A stretch of 64,000 nucleotides of DNA from Diadema antillarum. Taxonomy: Eukaryota. The stretch is from positions 1,364,001 to 1,428,000 of the forward strand of contig NW_027270937.1 of the NCBI RefSeq assembly GCF_040938485.1, written 5' to 3'. Positions 49,000 through 62,544 of the stretch are shown piece after piece. Both the position numbers and the translations under genes were made by a program. Under the pieces are notes generated by a model. That model did no database searches. It was given only the letters and a program-made list of their open reading frames with translations, and was not told the origin of the DNA. How positions within the stretch are numbered: position 1 is the first letter of the stretch; each line of letters begins with the position of its first letter.

Positions 49000-50097
49000 A
49001 TGGCAGATACAGCTGGCTACCAAGACAGGGATGAGGCTTTGGCCAAAAACACTTCCAGTCTCACCTCTGGAGATATATGTCTGGCCGTAGGATTCAGCGC
49101 TGTGGTCTTTGTTGGGGTTTCGGGAAATGTTGTGCTGTTGCTGGCGAGCGCACTGTCGAGGAAACTCCAAACGAAAACCTCCTACCTCATCGTCAATCTT
49201 AGTGTCAGTGATCTGTTGGTTTGCGCTGTTCAGCCGTTTCAGATCGTCTCGATGTTGGCCAGAAACAGCCGGGCAATACCCGAAGTGCTCTGCCAACTGA
49301 CAGCTTCACTGGATATCATATCTACTGGCAGTAGCGTCGCTACCATAATGCTGATTGCTTTAAATCGCTGTGTGCTCATCATCAAACCACGGCACACATA
49401 CAACCGCATCTTCTCGTCGAGAAATCTGGTCGTCATGGTGACAATGTCATGGTTGTATCCCACTGTAGTTTTAGTCCTTCCTTTGCTTATTGGACATGGT
49501 CGCCTTGGATACAACGTCCATACACAACTCTGCATCTGTGACTTCACTCACAAGAATGCAAATACTTTCGTATACCTCGTGATTTGCTCGTCGTCAGTTG
49601 CCTTCGGCGTGACGTTCTTCAGCTACTGGCTGATCTATAGGTACGTGAAAAGGAGCGCCCTCAAGTCCAGGTCACGCTCAATGCCGACCGAGAAAAGCTG
49701 TCGTCGGCATACCGAGCTGGTAATCACCAAGAATCTCCTGTGCGTGATATGCTGCTTCGTCCTGTGCGTAACTCCCTTTATGGGTGTTATGATATCGACG
49801 TTATTCTTTCAAGGACCCAGTCTTTACCGTGTCAGCAGCCTGATAGCATACGCCAGTCTCCCCTTCATAATCAACAGCTGCCTAACTCCGTTCATCTACG
49901 CTTGGAAGCATCCTCACTTCAGGGTGGTCATGACCTGTGTGCTGCGACGGCGCTGGCGCGATATTCCGATGCCCTCCCCACTGGTGGCACGGATCCTCGA
50001 CTACAACACTGGTGATAGGCAGACACCGCAAGGTATCAGTGTTGAAAAGACCTGCGAGTCACAGAGCGAAGATCTTACCATAGACACGAATATCTGA
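49000..50097 (+). CDS. Intronless rhodopsin-class GPCR (copy 2, 365 aa)
   Basis: Full ORF paralogous to copy 1; D3.32, NRC, CVTP, NSCLTPFIY; 3-aa longer ECL1. Confidence 0.93.
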   Translation: MADTAGYQDRDEALAKNTSSLTSGDICLAVGFSAVVFVGVSGNVVLLLASALSRKLQTKTSYLIVNLSVSDLLVCAVQPFQIVSMLARNSRAIPEVLCQLTASLDIISTGSSVATIMLIALNRCVLIIKPRHTYNRIFSSRNLVVMVTMSWLYPTVVLVLPLLIGHGRLGYNVHTQLCICDFTHKNANTFVYLVICSSSVAFGVTFFSYWLIYRYVKRSALKSRSRSMPTEKSCRRHTELVITKNLLCVICCFVLCVTPFMGVMISTLFFQGPSLYRVSSLIAYASLPFIINSCLTPFIYAWKHPHFRVVMTCVLRRRWRDIPMPSPLVARILDYNTGDRQTPQGISVEKTCESQSEDLTIDTNI

Positions 50098-53000
50098 CGT
50101 CTTTGTGTCTGATTCTCGTCCTTTTCAATTATTCATTACTTATTATTACTTGTTATTATTTTTTATTACTTTTTGTACCGTTGTATCATTATGAGCTCAT
50201 GAACTCATAATCATCATGTAAAATACGTCAGCTATTTTGATACAAAGATTAGGCCTAGTATAGGAATAAAAAAAATACTATATTAATATCTAGAGTGTAC
50301 GGGCAAAACTGCATATAGGAATATGGCGTTATACACCTGTCGCTTTGGTTGTGTTTGAGGCGGTACAGTGTTGTCCAAGACTGCAACGGTGTAAATTCTC
50401 ACTGCTTTTGAACTTACTTGGATCGTGCTACATGTATAGTTATCACGATGATACACAGTCTGTGAGATGTCTGCGTTACGTTATGTTCCATAAAAATGAA
50501 GTGCTGAGGAATTTCCAATCTTTGTGAAAGTAAAATTGCTTCATGCCAATAATGTGAAACTTGACTATTTGTCACGCTAATGAGATCATACGTTTGATTG
50601 CTCAGAATAAGTTTAACTTTCTGGTAGAAGTGAAGTTTATAATTTATAATTATGTACGGGTGTGTGTGTTTGTTTCTGATGTTAATCACGAATACGAGAA
50701 GTTAAGTCACATTATAACTTTTTGAATCTGTGACCTTGCTGAAGGCAAGCAGTACGAAACATCAGTAGTTGCTAGTCAAATCTATGGTGTATTACAAATG
50801 TTTATTTAGTCAATATTAGTGCCCTTTTCCTGGCCACAAGTAGGCCCAGACTGCACAGAAATGCATGTCGAGTGTTGTAATTTGCACGTGTGTCACGAAT
50901 GTGTTCCGAAATATCGCCATACACATTTTGCGTTTCTTTGTCAAGACGGGCTATGAAAATCGGAGAATAGAGATGTTCTCGATATACCCGTGTAAACGTA
51001 TATCAATGAAAGAAGTTGTGCTGCGCGTCATGTACGCTGCCCCGAAGACGACACAAGAGGGCAATACGAATATGAAATTGTCAATTTCGTGCGAAGTTGG
51101 TCCGAACTTGGTCAAAATCCTATCAACAGCCGAAGCAAGTACAGAAGGTCACAGACCTCCAGCACCACACATGAAGGCGATACATGAAGATGTGAATCTT
51201 TATATTCTATGATTAAATTTTACTCGAAGGACACACGAAGGAAACGCAGTAGCTACAAGGAAGATTTTGACACGGCTCATGAAGTTGCTGCTTGAGACTA
51301 CGAATCTCCACCGGCGGTCGTAGGACGGCTTAAGATGTCCTCGCGAATGATCCAATGCTTTCTCGTCTAAGAATCTGACGTATAATAAGAAATCTGATCT
51401 GGCAACTGTTGGTGTTAAGGTGCAAAGTTACATAATGCAAACCAAGCATTCCATCCCTACTGCAAAGAAAACAGTGTCCCACAGCGTGAGAAACACAGTG
51501 TGAAATCTCTCCACACTGTTAAATTCGAGCGTTTTAACAGTGTGAACACAATGTGAGTCATCAATACACAGTGTGAAACAAAGCATTACTATTTGAACGC
51601 TGTGAAAAAACCATACCACAGTGCGAAATCATCTTCACACTGTTAGATTCGAGCGTTTTCATAAAGTCGACTATGTGAACACACCGTGGGACACTGTCTT
51701 CTTTCCAGTAGAAATTGCACGCACATTTGCTTTAGAATCTTTCGGATGACACTTGAAGGACTAAATTCTTTTTACAGGATCACTTGTACAATTTTGTGTT
51801 GGAATGTGTGTGTGTATATGCGTGATTTAACAGATCAAAAGAAATAGATTCCTCCTACTCAAACAGCCACTTGTGTCGTGGCTCCCCAAATCTGTAGATT
51901 AAAGCTTATCTATGAGTTACTGTCATATTTGAAAGAATTAATGTCCCTGCCGTTTGCTGTGGAGGAAGTGAAAATGTACATGTTTTTACACTACAATGTA
52001 ATTATTTTAATCAACTCTTCAAGGAAATATAGATGTGCCATGAAATGTAGCCACAATTGGAATCACCACGCTGGGCAAGGGGCACACTTGGATGATAAGT
52101 TTTCTTTGACATTTAAAACACAGTGAGGAAACACTTGAATTGTTCGATAAGAGGAAGCAAAGAAATTCATACTTGTAGCTCATTCTTACTGAATAGATTC
52201 AAATTCCAAAAATGTACTATAGGACTGAGATATTGTATTAGATAAGGCAATCACTAACTTGTGATGAGAATAGAGTTGAAAACTGTCCCAAGGTGGTTGA
52301 TATGAATGCATCGTCAGCTGCTATCTTTGAACTTGCAGGACCTATGACTACCATGTGTTAGGGGCATACATTAAGAATTGGTACATATGAGTTGCGATCA
52401 CTTACGGCAACTCAATCCTGTAGACATTGTGTGCCTCAGACAGTGGGGAGTAACCACATGCATGATAAACTTTCTTGAAAAAGAATGAATCTTGTGTAGA
52501 GAAAAGAATTGATAAAATTATATACCACGTAAGCATCATGACGATAATATAGTAAAGTATAAATGCACTGTGTCCTTAGGGGAAAAAGAGGCAAAGTCAT
52601 GGATTTATGAATACACAAATGCTGTCTGTCAGTTACAGTTGCATGATTTAACTTTAAGATTCATTTCTATCACTAAAAATGCGGCAATTGAACTTGAATA
52701 AAAGTACACGTACATGTGCAGAAAGCTTGGCTGGTTACAGAATCATTCCCTTGTGAGAATGTGAAATCACTTAAATATGCCTGTGGGATAATGACACGGT
52801 ATAATGTTGTATAATGTACTCATCTTTGAATAAACCAAAGTAGACACAAACCACACGCTTCACACACGCACACACACACACACACACATGTACAGAAACA
52901 AAAAAAAAACACAAACTTTGGATAAAAGGCGATTCTTCTCAGAGCTGGGATCAAAAAAAAAAAGGAGGAAAGCTGAAATATGAATGAATGCCAATTTGTC

Positions 53001-54032
53001 CTGTTGGGATAAGAAATACCACAACCTGTTTCAACGAACTCTCTAATTTCTCAACATTGCTTGTATTCTAAAGATCATGACAGTCCCAATATAATCCTTA
53101 CTGCCCTATTATTCTGGCTAACTGAGACACATTATTTACCACCAGTGCTTGTGTACATCTCCAGGCGGTACATCTAGTTTCCCTCGATGTCTTCAGAATT
53201 ATCTCTTTTTTTTCTGGGTAGCATGGAGTGGAGCAGTTTATTTACCACTTCCGGGTTTAATCAGCTGACAAGCAATAAAAAAAGGGGGGCTCAACTGGTA
53301 TTCGTCAGTCTCACTCGCAGCACTCAAAACGCAGGATCGATTTAGTCTTTTGTCAATCATTTTCGTTAAATTTTCATTCGTATTCGTCTCATATCTCTAT
53401 CCGGTGTGATTTCCCAGTCAGTCATGTATTTTTTTTCTGTAACCGTTCACATTTTACATTCAAGAGTTAACATACACACAAGTGTCCCCCCCCACACACA
53501 CACAGAACCACAGATACAGACACACACACAAGCAATCCGAGTACACACTGATTCAAACAGACGTACCGTCTCGCAAACGAAAACACTGACAAACGATTCT
53601 AGGCAAACATGATTTGAGACAAAATTTTAAGTGTAGAATTGTAGCTTGTTTAATGTCAAAGAATGGATAACATAATTACGTTTGCTTACGAGAGAAAGTA
53701 AAAATATGTCGGCTTAAAGTTGGTTCACCCTCAAAATAAAGAATCGACAACATCTGGCTAATTTGAATGAAAAATTCATGAAATCAAGTGAACAAAAACG
53801 AATTTGATCTTCACATTCTGCTATCCGTCAGCGGGAGGGATGAATATGAATTACAATTGACGATTCTGAATGCTATGTCGTCGAAAATTTTTGACGAAAA
53901 ACGAATTACAATGACAATTGACGAAATTGAAGTTAGGATTTGCATTCCACGTGCTTCTCGGGACGGAATTGAATAATAAATCTTTGAAATTGAATGACAA
54001 AAGTGCGAAAATGGATAGGAAAACCTATATTG

Positions 54033-54260
54033 TGCACTGTGGCATAAAGGAAAAGACTCCTCGCTTTCAATCGGAGTGAACTAATTTGCATCCCGTTAAT
54101 GTCCAGCGTTCTTGGGCAGGATGTTTTTAAACCCTCATTGTCCCTTTTGAAAAAAAAAAACTGTATTTAAAATGGAGGTTACCCTCCAACGCTAAGGTAC
54201 TTATTATGGCAGCGCCCTATTGTATAGCCGTTGTCATACTGAAAAGGCTACCTTGTGTAA
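54033..54260 (+). mobile_element. Degenerate tRNA-SINE, paralogous to 42722 copy
   Basis: GCACTGTGGC..AAGACTCC..TTTCAATCGGAG head and GCTACCTTG..AAGAAGAC 3' part at the same position relative to the GPCR unit. Confidence 0.6.
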
Positions 54261-54564
54261 AGAAGACCAGACTACACGGACACACATCGCAAAACACGCT
54301 GTAACTATTAAACTTGTAACATGACGTCGATATAGAGCCTAAAAGCTAAGCTATGAATAGGCGATGCGATGAATGATTGAGAGGTTTATGGTATTTTGGT
54401 GACAAATTCTCATTGAACGGTAAATCATAGATATGCCTTGTATAGAAAACTGCTTTCTGGACACCGATATCTTGGTTAGCGCTTGCGCCATCAACTCGCG
54501 AGAGTGCTTTATGTTAATGAAAGCTTAAATAAATGGAAATGTAAAACAGCAACGGTAACAACAA

Positions 54565-55643
54565 GGTGACCAAGACAGTAATGAGACTTTGGGTAAATCT
54601 AATTCCATTCTCGCTCCTGCAGATATATTTTTAGCCGTAGGATATAGCACCGTGTTTGTTGTTGGGGTGACGGGGAATGTCGTGCTGCTGCTGGCGAGCG
54701 CACTGTCGAGGAAACTCCAGACGAAAACCTCCTGCCTCATCGTGAATCTTTGCGTCAGTGACCTGTTGGTATCCGCCGCTCAGCCTTTTCAGATCGTCCC
54801 GATATTGGACAGACCATTATCCGAGGTACTGTGCCAACTGACGGCCGCTCTTGATATCCTATCTGTTGCGAGTAGTGTCATTACCTTGATGCTTATTGCT
54901 ATAAATCGCTGTGTGCTCATCATCAAACCTAGGCACACATACAACCGCGTCTTCTCGTCGAGAAATCTGGTCGTCATGGTGACAATGTCTTGGATGTTTC
55001 CAGCTGTAGGTTTAGTCATTCCTCAGCTTACTGGCCACCAGGTCTGGGATACCACGCACTCACCCGACTTTCCATCTGTGACTTCAATTACAAGAATGCA
55101 AACACCTTCGTGTACCTTGTAAATTTCGTATCGACATTTTCCTTCAGTGTGACGTTCTTCAGCTACTGTCTACTCTTTAGGCACGTGAAAAGGAGCGCTC
55201 TCAAGACCAGGCCACGCTCTATAATGCCTGCCGAGAAAAATTGTCGCAGGCATACCGAGTTGGTAATCACCAAGAATCTCCTGTGCGTGGTATGCTGTTT
55301 CGCCCTGTGCATATCTTCCTTCGCGGGTGTCTTTATCGTTATCCCATTCCTACAAGGATCCGCTCTGCACCGAGTTCTCAGCGTGATGCCATACGTGTCT
55401 CTCCCACTCGTATTCGACAGTTGCCTTAATCCGTTCATCTATGGTTGGAAGCATCCACACCTCAGGGTGGTTATGGCCTGTGTGCTGCGACGGCGCTGGC
55501 GCGATATCCCGGAGCCCTCCCGACTGCTAGCACGGATCCTCGCCTACAACACTGGTGACAGGCAGACACCGCAAGTTTTCAGTGTCGCAGAGAGCTGCGA
55601 GACACAAAGCAAAAATCTGACCATTGACACGAACAATATGTGA
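54565..55643 (+). pseudogene. GPCR pseudogene (copy 3): no start codon and a 1-nt frameshift
   Basis: Begins at codon 6 of copy 4 (GGTGACCAAGAC); in-frame TAA at 54556-54558 upstream; GGCCAC-CAGG-TCTGGGA vs GGCCAC-GGTCG-TCTAGGA in copy 4 gives a -1 frameshift near 55040; ORF track splits into 54589-55122 and 54990-55643. Confidence 0.9.
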
Positions 55644-57640
55644 CTTGTGTGTGTGTGTGTGCTTTGCATCATTTTAAACCGTATGCCATAACTTTTGTAT
55701 CTTTTTATCATCGTAAGCTCACAAATTTATATCATCGGGTAAGTGAGCTATTTCGATACAAAGATAAGATGAAAAGATGAAAAAAAAAAAACCTGCGCGC
55801 AATATTAATATCTAGAGTATAGTGCAAAACTGTAGCAATGAGCCTCAACCTGTCGCTTTTGGTGCCGTTGAAGACCCCCCCCCCCCCCAATGTTTTACAG
55901 TCTATGTTCATAGCTTTTGACCTTTCTTGGCATGTGCTAATCATCACAATCAAATATAGTCTGTGATAAATGTACGTGACGTTCTGTTCCATGAAAATGA
56001 AGCGTTGAGGAATTTCCAGTGCTTTAAAAAGTGAAATTGTGCCGTGGCAAGTTCTATCAGAATTGGCAAATTGACTCGTTATGAGATTATACGATTGATT
56101 ACGAGAAGTTTGTTCACATTTCCAGAATTCATATTATGACGTTTTGAATTTGTAACCGTGCTGTAGACAAGCAGTACGAAACCTCAGTAGTTGCAAAACA
56201 AAGTAATGATGTATCACGATTCTTTCTTTAATCCATATCCCTGGCCACAATTAGTACACAGAGATCACGAGTGTTGTTATTTCGTATATGCGTCACAATA
56301 TCTAATGAGTTTCTTTTTTCGTAGACATTTCGCATTTCTGAGTCAAGACTAGCTAGGAATATCGGAGGGTAGAAATGATCTCGATGCGACCGCGTGTAAA
56401 CGCGTAGCAATAAAAGAAGTTGCGCTGAGCTATACTGTCCCGAAGTTGACACAACGTTTCGTAGGAAGTTGGCCCCGAACTTTAATAGTTAAAAGCCAAC
56501 AAACAGCCGAAACAATTACGATACCCACTGAGTGTCACACAATGACACGAGAACGACACACGAAGCTGTGAATCGTTATCAATTTACTCCTAAGAACATA
56601 TGAGAGAAACACGAACTTGCTCCTGGAGCCTGAAAAACTACACCGGTGGCCATACTGTGGCTTTTAAAAGAGACCCTCACGAATGACCCTATCTTTAGAC
56701 GATCTGAGCCGATTTGTTCATTTTAATCGTGTGTCCGATCTACATAATCCTTGTTCAATATCAGGAGAGTGTGACGCCTGTATTATATTGGTGCACACAG
56801 TTTTACCTGTCTTCTTGCAGTCATGTCTGTGTGTTTCATGTGCATAGTTCAAAGTTAATGCGTTTCCATGCATGCATCCTCTCCTTTGAGGAGCTGTTTT
56901 GTCAAAAGAAACACTACACTTTGTACTTGAGTTTGGAGGAAACTATTAACCACTTGGGTCGATTGGCTTAACATTATCTAATTTTGGCAAGTTACTTCCA
57001 TTTTAAAGCTATGAATCTCTTCTCTCAGAGTCTTAACTACACTACGAAGTGGCAAATGCCTGATAGTGTTGATGTGCAAAGTCAAATACAGTAGATAAGC
57101 ATTCCACTGCACGCAAATTTGCTATACAGGACGACAGTACTTTAAATTTGATATTACCGAGATCAATTACAGAAGTAGTTTTGTATATTAATACCCCACC
57201 GTGTGATGTGACAGATCAGCAGAAATACTTGTAGATTCCACTCTGCTCAAGCATCTACTTGTGCCGTGATTCTCCACTATAAAACAAAGCTGATCGATTT
57301 CATATCACGTTTGTTTTGAAAGAATGTTCCGGCCGTTTTCTCTGAAGAAGGTGGAACCGAGCATGCTCTTGATCAAGGAGTTTTTAAGCCAGTTCTTACA
57401 GGAAAAGGATGTGCCATGAAGTGAAACTATAATTAGGTGGAGAAACTTGGATGCAGGACAATGGTTTGGAAGTGCTAATCTCATTACTGTTCTTTTTTTT
57501 TTTTGCTTTGGCATTCAAAACACAACGGGCAAACACAAACATGAATCGTTCGAAACGAGGTGGCAATGAAATTGACATGTGTAGCTGATTCCTACTCTGT
57601 ACATTGAAATTTGAGAATTGAACAAGAGCACTGGGTAAGT

Positions 57641-57642
<2 letters not shown>

Positions 57643-57682
<40 letters not shown>
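57643..57682. repeat. (CA)n microsatellite
   Basis: Direct reading. Confidence 0.95.
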
Positions 57683-57684
<2 letters not shown>

Positions 57685-58220
57685 GCACACAAAATGTAGA
57701 CAAAGAGGACAAAGGTTATTCTGATGACATCTGGATGTCATGAATATGTATTTTATGTAAATTGAGTGTAACATTTTCGGCCCATGTATAGAGCCAGAAA
57801 GTTTCGCGCGGCTTTTCGGAAAGACATGGCGCTTGAGGGGAGGATTAAAGTTCTGTTGCTTTTAGTGTAAGAAAGTCTGTTGTTGATCTGTTTGCTGTTA
57901 CTGATGATATGTGTGACGTCTTGTTGAGTTCCCACCATCTTTCACTCCCCTCCATAGCACTGGAATAGAAACGAAAAGTCGAGACATGGATGAATGTTGA
58001 CCACTGTTTTCTTGCGGTCAGATATATTTTTCTTGACACAACATGTTTCAAAGAACTTCCTCATTGCTCGATGCTTTTTTTAATCTTTAATGAAGGGACA
58101 CTTGCAGTGGTCTGAAGACGGTTACTATTTCATAGCACATTTTGTTCTTTTGACATGTGAACATAGCGTCCGGAAAATTGCTCCTACGTGGTAGTCATTT
58201 TAGTGCTGTGCGAGACAATA

Positions 58221-59315
58221 ATGGCCGATCTAGCTGGCGACCAAGACAGTAATGAGACTTTGGGTAAATCTAATTCCATTCTCGCTCCTGCAGATATTTT
58301 TTTAGCTGTAGGATATGGCACTGTGTTCGTTGTTGGGGTAACGGGGAATGTCGTGCTGTTGCTGGCGACCGCACTGTCGAGGAAACTCCGGTCGAAAACC
58401 TCCTGCCTCATCGTGAATCTTTGCGTCAGTGACCTATTGGTATCCGCCGCTCAGCCTTTTCAGATCGTCCCGATATTGGACAGACCATTATCCGAGGTAC
58501 TGTGCCAACTGATAGCCGCTCTTGATATCCTATCTGTTGCGAGTAGTGTCATTACCTTGATGCTTATTGCTATAAATCGCTGTGTGCTCATCATCAAACC
58601 TAGGCATACATACGATCGCGTCTTCTCGTCGAGAAATCTGGTCGTCATGGTGACAATGTCTTGGTTGTTTCCCGCTGTAGGTTTAGTCCTTCCTCAGCTT
58701 ACTGGCCACGGTCGTCTAGGATACCACGCACTCACACGACTTTGCATCTGTGACTTCAATCACGAGAATGCAAACACCTTCGTGTACCTTGTGAATTTCT
58801 TATCGACATTTTCCTTCAGTGTGACGTTCTTCAGCTACTATCTACTCTTTAGGCACGTGAAAAGGAGCGCTCTCAAGACCAGGTCACGCTCTATAATGCC
58901 TGCCGAGAAAAATTGTCGCAGGCATACCGAGTTGGTAATTACCAAGAATCTCCTGTGCGTGGTATGCTGCTTCGTCCTGTGCATATCTTCCTTCGCGGGT
59001 GTCTTTATCGTTATCCCATTCCTGCAAGGACCCGCTCTGCACCGAGTTCTCAGCGTGATGCCATACGTGTCTCTCCCACTCGTATTCGACAGTTGCCTTA
59101 ATCCGTTCATCTATGGCTGGAAGCACCCACACCTCAGGGTCGTCATAGCCTGTGTGCTGCGACGGCGCTGGCACGATATCCCGGAACCCTCGCGACTGCT
59201 GGCACGGATCCTCGCCTACAACACTGGTGACAGGCAGACACCACAAGTTTCCAGTGTCGCAAAGAGCTGCGAGACACAAAGCAATAATCTGACCATTGAC
59301 ACGAACAATTTGTGA
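58221..59315 (+). CDS. Intronless rhodopsin-class GPCR (copy 4, 364 aa)
   Basis: Full ORF; D3.32, NRC, TM6 CISS (no Pro6.50), DSCLNPFIY; ATG at 58221 (ORF-track start at 58188 is a GTG). Confidence 0.92.
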   Translation: MADLAGDQDSNETLGKSNSILAPADIFLAVGYGTVFVVGVTGNVVLLLATALSRKLRSKTSCLIVNLCVSDLLVSAAQPFQIVPILDRPLSEVLCQLIAALDILSVASSVITLMLIAINRCVLIIKPRHTYDRVFSSRNLVVMVTMSWLFPAVGLVLPQLTGHGRLGYHALTRLCICDFNHENANTFVYLVNFLSTFSFSVTFFSYYLLFRHVKRSALKTRSRSIMPAEKNCRRHTELVITKNLLCVVCCFVLCISSFAGVFIVIPFLQGPALHRVLSVMPYVSLPLVFDSCLNPFIYGWKHPHLRVVIACVLRRRWHDIPEPSRLLARILAYNTGDRQTPQVSSVAKSCETQSNNLTIDTNNL

Positions 59316-62300
59316 CTTATGTGTGTGTGCTTTCCAACATTTTAAACCGTATGCCATAACTTTTGCATCTTTTTATCATCATAAGCCCACAAATTTATAT
59401 CATCGGGTAAATATGTGAGCTATTTCGATACAAAGATAAGATGAAAAAATGAAAAAAAAAACTGCGCGCAATATTAATATTTAGAGTATAGTGCAAAACT
59501 GTAGCAATGAGCCTGAACCTGTCGCTTTTGGTGCCGTTGAAGAACCCCCCCCCCCCCCAATGTTTTACAGTCTATGTTCATAGCTTTTGAACCTTCTTGG
59601 CGTGTGCTAGTCATCACAATTAAATATAGACTGTGATAAATGTACGTGACGTTCTGTTCCATGAAAATGAAGCGTTAAGGAATTTCCAGTGCTTTAAAAA
59701 GTGAAATTGTGCCGTGGCAAGTTCTATCAGAATTGGCAAATTGACTCGTTATGAGATTATACGATTGATTACGAGAAGTTTGTTCACATTTCCAGAATTC
59801 ATATTATGACGTTTTGAATTTGTAACCGTGCTGTAGACAAGCAGTACGAAACCTCAGTAGTTGCAAAACAAAGTAATGATGCATCACGATTCTTTCTTTA
59901 ATCCATATCCCTGGCCACAATTAGTACACAGAGATCACGAGCGTTGTTATTTCGTATATGCGTCACAATATTCAATGCGTTTCTTTTTTCGAAGACATTT
60001 CGCATTTCTGAGTCAAGACTGGCTAGGAATATTGGAGGGTAGAAATGATCTCGATGCGACCGCGTGTAAACGCGTAGCAATAAAAGAAGTTGCGCTGAGC
60101 TATACTGTCCCGAAGTTGACACAACGTTTCGTAGGAAGTTGGCCCCGAACTTAGTTAAAAGCCAACCAACAGCCGAAACAATTACGATACCCACTGAGTG
60201 TCACACAATGGCACGAGAACAACACACGAAGATGTGAATCGTTATTAATTTACTCCTATGAACATATGAGAGAAACACGAACTTGCTCCTGGAGCCTGAA
60301 AAACTATACACCGGTGGCCATACTGTGGCTTTTAAAAGAGACCCTCACGAATGACTCTATCTTTAGACCATCAGAGCCGATTTGTTCATTTTAATCGTGT
60401 GTCCGATCTACATAATCCTTGTTCAATATCAGGAGAGTGTGACGCCTGTATTATATTGGTGCACACAGTTTTACCTGTCTTCTTGCAGTCATGTCTGTGT
60501 GTTTCATGTGCACAGTTCGTAGGGCGAAAGTTAATACGTTTCCATGCATGGATCCTTTCCTTTGAGGAACTGTTTTGTCAAAAGAAACACTACTTGAGTT
60601 TGGAGGAAACTATTAAACACTTGGGTCGGTTGGCTTAACATTATCTAATTTTGACAAGTTTCGGGGGTAGGCCTACTTCCATTTTAAAGTTATGAATCTC
60701 TTCTCTCAGAGTCTTACCTACACTACGAAGTGGTAAATGCCTGATAGTGTTGATGTGCACAGTCAAATACGCTAGATAAGCATTCCACTGCACGCAAATT
60801 TGCTATACAGGACGACAGTATACTTTAAATTTGATATTCCCGAGATCAATTACAGAAGTAGTTTTGTGTATTAATACCCCACCATGTGATGTTACAGATC
60901 TGCAGAAATACTTGTAGATTCCACTCTGCTCAAGCATCTACTTGTGCCGTGATTCGTCTCCACTATAAAACGAAGCTGATCGATTTCATATCACGTTTGT
61001 TTTGAAAGAATGTTCCGGCCGTTTTCTCTGAAGAAGGTGGAACCGAAAATGCTTTTGATCAAGGAGTTTTTAAGCCAGATGCAGGTTTGAAAGTGCTAAT
61101 CTCATTACTGTTCTTTTTTTGCTTTGGCATTCAAAACACAGCGGGCAAACACAAACATGAATCGTTCGAAACGAGGTGGCAATGAAATTGATATGTGTAG
61201 CTGATTCCTACTCTGTAGATAAGCACACAAAGCGTAGACAAAGAGGACAAAGGTTATTCTGGTGAAATCTGGATGTCATGAATATGTATTTTATGTAAAT
61301 TGAGTGTAACATGTTCAGCCCATGTATAGAGGCAGAAAGTTTCGTGCGGCCTTTCGGAAAGACATGGCGCTTGAGGAAGGAATAAAGTTCTGTTGCTGTT
61401 ACTGTAAGAAAGTCTGTTGTTGATCTGTTTGCTGTCACTGCTGATATGTGTGACGTCTTGTTGAGTTCCCACCATCTTTCACTCCCCTCCATAGCACTGG
61501 AATAGAAACGAAAAGTCGAGACATGGATGAATGTTGACCACTGTTTTCTTGCGGTCAGATATATTGTTTCTTGACACGGCATGTTTCGAGGAACTTCCTC
61601 ATTGCTCGATGTTCGTCGTTTTTTTTTTTCCTGCAGATCGTATAACAGTCGTATGATTCCATTTTATTCTCGACTTCTATACAACATACTACCCTGGACA
61701 AAATTGGGCGAGACGCTCTGTTTGCTGTCCGTGCGAGTGTGCTTCTCCTGACACAGAGTGGCAGTATACTGTGTATGGATTCCCTCAGCTTTTCTTTTCG
61801 ATTAACTGGAGTGGAAAGTGCATGCGGAGTGGTATGTTTCGTATATTTCTGTTGGTCCCCACCCGCATTTTCCTTTTTGTTTTCTTTGAATATGTGTGTG
61901 TGTGTGTGTGTGTGCGTGTGTTTACTCTGAAGAGGCGAAAATAGCAGAATTTCTTTTGATGATGACAACACTTACCCGTGAAAATCACGGAGACGACAAT
62001 TTCGTCACTCGCCCGACAACTGTCCGAGTTCACTCTTCCCCTCTGACTGCATGACTGGCGATCGTTCACCCGTAACAGATGAATAGACAATGTTTAGATG
62101 TTGAGGAACTTTCTGTATCACCAATCTGCATGTCGGTGAAAGGTTATGTCGGGGTCCCCCTCCTCTGGAGAAGGAAGGGAATTCCGTTTACGCAACTCGG
62201 TCGAGTCACGAAGCTGTCGAACCGTGATTTTCACAAGAGAGTCAAGTCAAACAGATTTAATTACGTTTTGTTAAATCATATATTGTACTTCCTAACTCAA

Positions 62301-62544
62301 TCAAAATCTATATAGATAATACCAGACTTTTTTTTTTTAGTTCCGTAACACTGCACTGGAGTCTATTATTCATGTGTGAGATCTTCTTTAGAGTGTTATT
62401 CTGTCTTCAGCAATGTCCAAAAGCATAAAAGTTCGATTTTACCGATGGATATGTTATTTATCCCATGATCTATTCTTGAAGGTCTGATTTGATTCCTCAA
62501 ACTGAAATCAAAGTCAAGATAATACGATAAAAACAAAACTTGGT

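Larger units (their letters stand above)
54565..61612 (+). repeat. Recent ~3.5-kb segmental duplication (54565 to ~58075 and 58236 to ~61612)
   Basis: Coding and downstream non-coding sequence align almost continuously with high identity. Confidence 0.9.

Noticed and set aside
61620-62300. CpG-rich stretch upstream of GPCR copy 5 as a hidden exon or gene
   Set aside because: No coherent ORF or paired splice sites that I can support; could be 5' UTR or regulatory but untestable from sequence alone.
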